A stretch of 64,000 nt of DNA from Mizuhopecten yessoensis (Eukaryota). Under the pieces are notes generated by a model, which had not been told where the DNA came from, searched no databases, and saw nothing but the letters and a program-made list of their open reading frames with translations. Shown here in pieces: positions 55,601-64,000 of the stretch. Both the position numbers and the translations under genes were made by a program. Positions within the stretch are counted from its first letter, which is position 1. Every line of letters begins with the position of its first letter. The stretch is taken from contig NW_018403786.1 of NCBI RefSeq assembly GCF_002113885.1, positions 792,776 to 856,775 of the forward strand, read 5' to 3'.

Positions 55601-58600
55601 AAACTGATCAACCGCGGTTAATGTGAGATACTTATCTTATCAATTTGAATTACTGTTTTTTTTTTGTTTTTGTTTATCAAAGTTGAATAAAAAATCAATT
55701 GATCAGTGTATATCTTATATTTATTAGTGTGAAAAATATAGGCATTCATATTTTATCATTTTAATTATGATGATATATTACAGGTAAACGCATTAGTTAG
55801 ATATACTTGTCTTTTTTCAGAATCTACCAGCACACCGTATCAGCAACCTAGAGATAACCTTGAAGCAGCTTCAACCGAAATTCAAAAGTAAGTTAACGAA
55901 GCAAAAGTGTTAGTCTTAATCCATCATAAAGTATGGCAAAGTAATTACAGTGTAAGTATTAATCCATCATAAAGTATGTCAAAGTAATTACAGTGTAAGT
56001 GTTAATCCATCATAAAGTATGTCAAAGTAATTACAGTGTTAGTGTTAATCCATCATAAAGTATGTCAAAATAATTACAGTGTTAGTGTTAATCCATCATA
56101 AAGTATGTCAAAGTAATTACAGTTTTAGTGTTAATTTATCACAAAGTATGTCAAAGTAATTACAGTGTTAGTGTTAATCCATCATAAAGTATGTCAAAGT
56201 AATTACAGAATTAGTGTCAATCCATCATAAAGTATGTCGAAGTAATTACAGTGTAAGTGTTAATCCATCATAAAGTATGTCAAAGTAATTACAGTGTAAG
56301 TGTTCATCCATCATGAAGTATGTCAACGAACCTCCAGCGTTAGTGTTAATCCATCATAAAGTATGTAAGAGAAATTGAAGAGTTAGTGTAAATCCATCAT
56401 GAAGTATGATAAAGATATTACAGTGTCAGTGTAATACTCTATTAACTTATTTGTTATTCCCTCTCAATTTACAATTCTAACTTTGCACTTGTGTGTTGAC
56501 ACTGTGGTATAATTTGTTCTTGTGAGTTGACGCTGAAGTATGTTTTCACCTTGTGAGTTGACGCTGAAGTATGGTTTCACCTTGTGTGTTGACACTGCTT
56601 CATCCTTATTTTTACTTATTCTGTAGACTTCTCGTCATGAAACTTAACTGTCCTAAAGCTGTCGATATTGTGGCAAAAGTGAAGAAAAACTTCAAGGAGG
56701 GAATGGCACAGAAGGACATACTGGTATGTATATTCTTTATGAATTACTGTATAGCACTACAAATTGCTCGAAGACATTTTTTTGTGTTATTTTGTTTTTG
56801 CTGAAACAAATCTTTAGAAAGATTTAATTTCAACATTGCAAAACCGCGAAGGCTTGTTCTTGCAAAAACAACTATATTTTGAAGGTAGTGCAGGGGACGC
56901 ATTTTCCACTCATTGTGAGAAGTCAAGGTTTTATTTTCTTATGGAGTAATGTTTGAATATCCATGTTCCTTTTGGTGTTAGCTCTGTAGGTTCTTTCGGA
57001 TGAGAGGATACATTTTGGAGATCCCTGTATTAGTCAGTGCGAGCGCTCCGGTTCCTGTTGCATCTGAGTTAATGTTGAGAGACTCGTGTTCCAGTAAGTG
57101 TGAGCGGTCCAAGTTCTGTTGGTGGCCAGGGGATGTTAGAGATATCGATGTTCCTGTCAGTGGTATCTGTCTAGGGTCTACACGATGTAAGGGGAATGTT
57201 CGGAAACCCTTGTGCTAAACAGTATGAGCTGTCCAGATTTTGTTTGATGTAAGGGAATTTCGACCAGATTCCATTTATACCGAGGAATACCCTATTACAT
57301 GTAGTCAGGGTTGGTTGTTCAGGTTCTATTTAACGTAAGGAATATCCATGTAGTCATGAATGTAGCCAGGGTGGTTTGTCCAGGATCCATTTACTGCCAG
57401 GAATATTCATGTACATGTAGTCAGGGTGGGTTGTCCAGATTATATATACTGTGAGGAATATTCATGTACATGTAGTCAGGGTGGGTTGTCCAGGTTTTAT
57501 ATACTGTGAGGAATATTCATTTACATGTAGTCAGAGTGGGTTGTCCAGGTTTTATTTACTGTGAGGAATATTCATGTACATGCAGTCAGGGCGGGTTGTC
57601 CAGGTTATATTTACTGTGAGGAATATTCATTTACATGTAGTCAGAGTGGGTTGTCCAGGGTTTATTTACTGTGAGGAATATACAAGTACATGCAGTCAGG
57701 GTGGGGTGTCCATGTTTTATTTACTGTGAGGAATATACAAGTACATGCAGTCAGGGTGGGTTGTCCATGTTTTATTTACTGAGAGGAATATTCATGTACA
57801 TGTAGTCAGAGTGGGTTGTCCAGGGTTTATTTACTGTGAGGAATATACAAGTACATGCAGTCAGGGTGGGGTGTCCATGTTTTATTTACTGAGAGGAATA
57901 TTCATGTACATGAAGTCAGGGTGGGTTGTCCAGGTTTTATATACTGTGAGGAATATTCATTTACATGTAGTCCGAGAGGGTTGTCCAGGTTTTATATACT
58001 GTGAGGAATATTCATGTACATGTAGTCAGGGTGGGTTGTCCAGGTTCTATTTACTGCGAAAAATATGAATGTACATGTAGTCAGGGTGGGTTGTCCATGT
58101 TTTATTTACTGTGAGGAATATTCATGTACATGTAGTCAGGGTGGGTTGTCCAGGTTCTACTTACTGCGAGGAATATTCATGTACATGTTGTCAGGGTGGG
58201 TTGTCCAGGTTATATTTACTGTGAGGAATATTCATGTACATGTAGTCAGGGTGGTTTGTCCAGGTTATATTTACTATGAGGAATATTCATGTACCTGTAG
58301 TCAGGGCGGGTTGTCCAGGTTATATTTACTGCGAGGAATATTCATGTACATGTAGTCAGGGCGGGTTGTCCAGGTTATATTTACTGCGAGGAATATTCAT
58401 GTACATGTAGTCAGGGCGGGTTGTCCAGGTTATATTTACTGCGAGGAATATGCATGTACATGTAGTCAGGGTGGGTCGTCCAGGTTCTATTTTTTAAAGT
58501 TTAATAGATTTTAAAGGAGTAGATATGATTCATGTTACATTATGGTTAGATTTAGTTGCTGTATCAGTAATAAACGGGTTTTTGATACATTATTCTGGTA

Positions 58601-59004
58601 AATCATGTGTAAATTAGTGCGTTTCTACGTAAAAACCGTATGGATTTCGTCGCAATGTTAATTAATTCGGGTTTTATTTCAAACGTTACGATGTCCAAAA
58701 CAAAAGTCATATGGATTAATAATGTGTTTTGTCGCTTTTTCTGGTGTCTCCCAATGTCCTATCGTATGAGTTTTGTATCGAGTTTTAATTTGTTGCTGGT
58801 ATATTGACGAAGTGTATCTTTTTTTCAAAAATATCTAATCATTGTAATGTTTTACAGACAAAACATCAAGGAAACATTGCAAGTGACAAAATGGAGATAA
58901 TTCGGTCCCTGTGTGTGGCCTTACAGGGAACAGAACAGGCGCTTGATGCCCTTAAGGAAGCAAAGGAAAACGCTGAATCCTCCCTTACTGGGTCCACCGA
59001 TTAA
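43665..59004 (+). CDS. Gene D: NIMA-related (NEK-like) Ser/Thr protein kinase, 419 aa. Coding exons 43665-43790, 48392-48658, 49115-49215, 50365-50464, 51366-51473, 52041-52287, 55821-55887, 56627-56723, 58858-59004
   Basis: IGQGTFGVVY Gly loop, YALK, alphaC Glu (NREEEIL), HHNVVRF, LIMEYC, HRDIKTKNILL, KISDFG, GTPRYMSPE, DIWSLGC, DPDDRPSA. GT-AG introns, 1260 nt in frame. The last three (non-kinase) exons rest on splice signals and phase only. Confidence 0.88.
44500..46170 (+). repeat. ~23-bp pyrimidine-rich satellite with a near-perfect 114-bp higher-order block (~45190-45890)
   Basis: TCATTACTATTACCCCTCCCCTT; TCAGTAATAG recurs at 45197, 45311, 45425 and onward. Confidence 0.95.
47330..47870 (+). 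repeat. 68-bp minisatellite, ~8 copies
   Basis: ACCAGACTTAGACAATTCGACAGACAGACGTCTGGTGGAGTATAGCCCGGGTTTCCTGTGGCCCTGAC. Confidence 0.95.
49355..49780 (+). repeat. 56-57-bp minisatellite, ~7 copies
   Basis: GACTACATCAGGGGGTGTATTTGTACGACCATGATATTCAGAGTTCACTTGTACATA. Confidence 0.95.
52775..55050 (-). mobile_element. 5'-truncated, frameshifted non-LTR retrotransposon (L1/Tx1-like ORF2 C-terminal half) in kinase intron 6
   Basis: Minus-strand ORF pieces: RGCQQGDPIGPYIF and SQYADD (RT), WNGRILTPIGK..LEGGLKM, KLQWLQFRI..CFHCKTDTETIVHALC (C-terminal zinc finger); ~450 bp 3' UTR and a short A tail. Confidence 0.9.
55152..55312. repeat. Near-perfect palindrome, arms ~75 bp
   Basis: TTTAAATGTCCATGTGACGGTAAAAA..GAAGACTAGTATAATC pairs with GATTATACTAGTCTTC..TTTTTACCGTCACATGGACATTTAAA. 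Confidence 0.85.
55900..56432 (+). repeat. 43-bp minisatellite, ~12 copies, directly after a kinase donor site
   Basis: GTGTTAATCCATCATAAAGTATGTCAAAGTAATTACAGTGTTA. Confidence 0.95.
57295..58490 (+). repeat. 55-bp minisatellite, ~21 copies
   Basis: TGTAGTCAGGGTGGGTTGTCCAGGTTATATTTACTGTGAGGAATATTCATGTACA. Confidence 0.97.
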
Positions 59005-59525
59005 TATGATTGACAACGATGAGGGCGCTCTTACTGGGTCCATCTATCAACTTACATGACAACGATAAGGGCTCCCTTAATTGGTTTATTGATGAGCATG
59101 AATGACAACGATGAGGGTGTCCTTACAAGGTAAAATGATAACTTGAATGACAATACCGTGGGCACCCTTACACGGTCTATTGACGAACTTGAATGAATAT
59201 GCTGAGAACGCCCTTACCCGGTTATTATGGCAATGCTGATGGCGCCTTTGCAAAGTATATTAATGAACTTAAGTTGTATTGTTGAAGGCGCCCTTACTCA
59301 GTCTATTTATGAATTTGAATACCAATGGTGATGGCGCACTGACAGTATCTATTGATGAACTAACATGACAATGCTGAGGGCACCCTTACTTGGTATATTT
59401 ATGAATTAGAATGACAATGCTGAGGGCGCCCTTACTTGGTATATTTATGAATTAGAATGACAATGCTGAGGGTGCCCTTACTGGGTCTTTTGATGAACCC
59501 GAATGACATTGCTGAGGGCGCCCGT
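58965..59525 (+). repeat. 46-bp degenerate tandem repeat beginning in the last kinase codons and filling the 3' UTR
   Basis: GAATGACAATGCTGAGGGCGCCCTTACTGGGTCTATTGATGAACTT-like units at 58982, 59028 ... 59383, 59429, 59475. Confidence 0.85.
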
Positions 59526-60081
59526 GATAAAATTTAACTGACAGCCCCGATACATTCCGATCTTAGTCCTCCAATTAATTTAAAGCGTTGAGGTGTCACA
59601 TACATGGAACACTGATATTAAATGTAATGATAGCATAACTTTACAATGTTAAGGCAACTACACATCATTTCTATTAGTTCCCGTTATAGATTTAAATCAG
59701 ACGATTTAATGGTGTGGAATTTGTTTGTTATTGTTGTGTGATCTTTAACAAAGATTCCAATATGTTTGAGAAACTTACATAAAATATTACGCTTATCAAA
59801 TAATTCCTTTTGAAAAAATATATAACCTAATATAAGATAGTTGCTACCTAGAGGCGAACGCTTAATCAAATTATACTGAATACATTTCAATATATTGATT
59901 AAAATAGTGTAACCACCTGATAAAGCCGCTTGTACATCATATAAATCAATGGAATAGACATGTACATGTATCCCTATGCAATGTAGTATGGACCATACTT
60001 TTAATTCGTACCATAATAACTATATGCGTTACGGTATGTAATGTTAAAGAGGACGTTAGCCGATTTAATCATATATACCAA

Positions 60082-60210
60082 TGTAACAGGAAAGGAAAAA
60101 ATGCACGGCGACACCGGGGTTCGAACCCGGGACTCTCCGAACTCTAGACGGACGCTCTGCAAATTGAGCTATCTAGTCGCCGACGATCGACCCAGTCCTG
60201 TTTCGCTACA
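60082..60210 (-). mobile_element. tRNA-like sequence inside a short TG...CA LTR-like unit (TRIM-type)
   Basis: Minus strand TGTAGC...GTTACA termini; internal TAGCTCAA..GAGC D arm, CCGGG-TTCGAAC-CCCGG T arm, AGA in the anticodon-like loop, TTTTT terminator. The acceptor stem does not pair in the canonical register. Confidence 0.65.
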
Positions 60211-61627
60211 TTCCTCACTCCTTTTTCTAAGTCTTACATTAGAGTTATTTGATTAGTACAATACATATACGATATAGATCAATTTGACTTTTCATGATAT
60301 TCGCGGGATTGCCAGTTCGAATCCGAGTTTGTAGACTTTACGAAAATGGGAAAAAAATACAACCTTCAACCCTACTCCTGACATATAAGTATCTTGCGTA
60401 ATGTTGCTCTTTTACATGGACCCAAGACTGGATTTCTTACACACAAACAATATGATACTTTTCTATGATAATAGTGTTGTTATTGTTACAACCTGATCTT
60501 ATTCTGAATTTGATGGAAAAAAAAGACTTAATGATTTGAATTTTCCTATTTGACTGTGTAAAAGAAACTACATGTATTTCATATGTAACAATACACATAA
60601 TGTAGCCTACAGCAGAATCACAAAACAAAGATGCCTGACATATTTCTTTATAACATGTACCGTCTTACTTGACCACACCGCTAATCATCAGTATAAAAAT
60701 TGTACGTAGGTTTTATCTGTGTGTGCGGGGTTTGGTCTCGATATTTAGAAATGGGCCAGGAAATCGTCGTTATGTCATAGAAATCGTTAAAATTGAAAAA
60801 GAAAAGAAACGTTATCCGAGACCGTATGTTTCTGTATTGAAATAGATTAATTTTATTTGAAATTATTCTACATCCGGTGGATCCAAAATAGCGGCTTCCA
60901 TAAACGAAATTTGTGCACGCGCGATTTTCCAAATGATGCAAGTGTTACCGATGAAGCTCACTTCGTTAGCCCGCTTCGCGGGCTCACGCAAGAGCGTTCG
61001 CTGTCACTTGTAGGTTGGTAAAGAATTTTTCTTTTTACGTTTTGTTACCTTCTTAATAGATTGTATTCATGTGTAATTTAGTATATTTGTGCTTATGTAA
61101 ACATGTAACCCGGTGTACTATCATTGAATTAGTGGGCATTATCAGTTCTTATTCTTCTCTGGCATATTAAACTGTGTCCAGTTTTGTCTGCACCAGATAA
61201 TGATGATCATACTAAATAATGTTAAGAACAACCATTAACTACAATTTTAACAAGTGGCATTCTTGTCTGTATACGCTTCGTAGGACAGCTACCTGGTGTG
61301 CAACTTATGGTAGGTTTTCCCCCGATGATTTGTATGAGAAACATCCATTTCAATCTTTAGATCATTAAGATAATATACAAGAGGCAAGTAAAGTCTATAA
61401 AAAGCTCAATTTATTTAGGATTGATTCAATATTTATGGATAAAACATCCATTTGTATTTATTTCTTCAATAATTAAACAAATGTACTTGACATAACACAT
61501 ACACGGTTTACCTCCAAGTTTGTAGGGTATCTAAACAACACATGGTTCTCTTTTGATCCGAAAAAAGTCAAGGAATTATTTCTGATAGAAAGGAATTCCT
61601 TGTAAATCGAACGTAGTAAAAAAACTG

Positions 61628-61957
61628 TTCTCCAGACCTTAACGTAACATGAAGATGGTTTTCTCCAGACTTTAACGTTACATGAAGATGGTTTTCTCCA
61701 GACTTTAACGTAACACGAAGATGGTTTTCTCCAGACTTTAACGTAACACGAAGATGGTTTTCTCCAGACTTTAACGTAACACGAAGATGGTATTATCCAG
61801 ACTTAAACATAACACGAAGATGTTTTTTCTCCAGACTTTAATGTAACACGAAGATGGTTTTCTCCAGACTTTAACGTAACACGAAGATGGTTTTCTCCAG
61901 ACTTTAACGTAACACGAAGATGGTTTCTCCAGAATTTAACGTGACATGAAGATGGTT
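61628..61957 (+). repeat. 33-bp minisatellite, ~10 copies
   Basis: TCTCCAGACTTTAACGTAACACGAAGATGGTTT. Confidence 0.95.
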
Positions 61958-64000
61958 CTTCTTTTAATCTCAGCGAATATTTATCAGATATCACCGTTAT
62001 ATATCTGGTTATTCTCTCAAATCTTTTATAATGATTCATTTGAACACCTTATCAATGAATTTATTTTTTTTGCGTATAGCTCGTATGAATAGCAGAAGGA
62101 ATATAATTCATGTGAACAGATATTGTATGTTTTTTTATTGTAAGTATACACAACTTAAATGCAACACGAAATAATATTTATGCCTTTTTTGTTATTTTGA
62201 AAGCATGACTGTGATTTACGTGAAAAGTATGTGGTGTTTTATTCATGGTTAATGTTTTTAGTGTTTTATTTTCCTGTTAGAAAAGGTGACTTGCATTCTA
62301 ATAAAAATATTCCGTATGGTTAAAACTGTCAGACTTTTGTTATATTTGAAGCGACATTATTGTCTGATAAAATTGAATCGACCTATATCTTGAATGTATC
62401 TCCTTCGATAAACTGTCATGTGGCCATATAGTCAAAGAAATTATGTATACTATTGGTTGTTATGCAAATAATCGCATTCGTTTATCAGAGACTTCTAAAA
62501 ACCGCTGTATTGTTCCATAGCCTGTTAGTAAGAAGTATCATGAGTGTTGTTGGTAAATAAAATTATGATATCCGCGTGCTAAATTGCGTTATTGAATTTC
62601 AAATAAGATATTCTAAAGGATCATTTAACTATTATTTAAAATGATGCAATGATCATATCTTTACTAGATCGTTCCTATCATCATTAACTAGCTTTTTCGT
62701 ATTATCATTTACCAAATTGCATATAGCATCTTTACTACATTGCTCATATTACCCTTAACGTTGTTGCTCTTATCATAATTTAATAGAGACTTTGTATTTT
62801 GATTTACTAGATTGTTCATTTCGTCATTCACTGTATCACTCAAATAATCATTTACTAGAAATTTCATATCACCGATGACTAGGTTGTTTAAATATGAATA
62901 TAAATACATTTGTGATGACACACAAAATTTATTTGCAACGAATTATGACAACGTTAAAGTCGACGATCTCCATTGACAAAATTACATTACTTGTACTCTA
63001 AGCTAAGAGTTTTTTTGTAAGTGTTCTATGGTAAACATCTCGTGAATCAAGTTAGTTTAGTTTGGAACGTAAGGGTAACGTCACGAATGTGAAATCTTTA
63101 GATAAAACAAAAGGCATTGTCTGCACTATTCATAATGCCTACGGTCAGATCCAACATATTATTCGGTGAATATCTGCTGTTTAAAACACGTTATTGTATT
63201 TGAATACAGGATGAATACATAACTTGTGGAGATTAATGACGATGCATTCTGTTTGCATTAAAGTATTTTGTTTGTTCATATGCTTTACCCATAAAATTGA
63301 CCACCTCGGTAACTAGACACAACATTGATTTCTTTTCATTATAATTTATTGTTTATCAATATACAGCTTGATTGGATAATTGGCTGAGCATCTATTAACC
63401 TTTTTAGGATGTACATTTTCTATAGTCTGTACACCTTCTAAAAAAAACAAATCTTTCAAAAAATCACAGGTAGCATCATATCAATTTTAAAGGTTTTAAT
63501 CAAAGATTATATTTCAATGAAGAATGATAAAAACACATGTTTGTATGTTATGCTAATATAGACTAGTATGTTTGCAAAATATCGCAAACTTTTACTGGCT
63601 TGTTAGATAGAACTACATACCACATATCCAAAGGCATTTGAATCTGAGGTTTTAACATGGGTAGTTATAATGTATTACTTTTACATGAGGTTTATTGTGA
63701 AATACCCACATATATTACAGTACCGTTTACAGAAACACATTATGAGATGAAGACAGTCATTAGAGATAAGAGGACATAAAACAATCAAGCTAAATGTTGT
63801 ATTATCTGTTTCGACAACAATAAAACAATGATATCACAGCGGTAAATTGGACCCGTAAGGACACAGCGAAAGAAAGAAACATAATAAACATGCATAAATC
63901 ACCGAAATTGAAAGAAAAAATGAAAAAAAAATGTTTAAAACCATTTTGCATCATTTTCAAAAGTATGTCTCAACAAAATATGGGAACTACGTTCATTTGT

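Noticed and set aside
57000-57218. 72-aa ORF in kinase intron
   Set aside because: Appears to be degenerate older units adjoining the 55-bp array; no motifs.
60105-60182. Functional tRNA-Ser(AGA)
   Set aside because: Acceptor stem unpaired in the canonical register, anticodon stem mismatch, no long variable arm.
62300-62980. Asn-rich minus-strand ORF remnant
   Set aside because: No recognisable motif or splice structure; may be a decayed element but cannot be supported.

Overview
AT-rich, intron-containing animal genomic DNA; the repeat landscape suggests a mollusc, probably a bivalve (inference only). I assembled four + strand spliced genes by hand, and all reading frames close correctly across the splice phases. 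Three form a tandem paralog cluster of type I membrane proteins. Genes A (3739-13361, 758 aa) and C (26491-36886, 646 aa) carry four Ig domains resembling Ig1-4 of L1/neuroglian (the hemolin-type module), a Thr/Pro stalk, a GxxxG transmembrane helix and a Tyr-rich tail with an ITAM-like YxxL-x11/12-YxxL pair. Gene B (16318-18914, 214 aa) lies between them, keeps the signal peptide, stalk, TM and signalling tail intact, and has no Ig exons, so it looks like a transmembrane adaptor born from a receptor. At the Ig4/stalk intron both full-length genes have odd donors whose read-through would give a secreted 4-Ig protein. The fourth gene is a 9-exon NEK-like Ser/Thr kinase (43665-59004, 419 aa) with a decayed duplicate of its first exon upstream. 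The rest is a truncated LINE, a Penelope-like fragment, a tRNA-SINE, a tRNA-containing LTR-like unit, palindromic MITE-like elements, many minisatellites and a 480-N gap.
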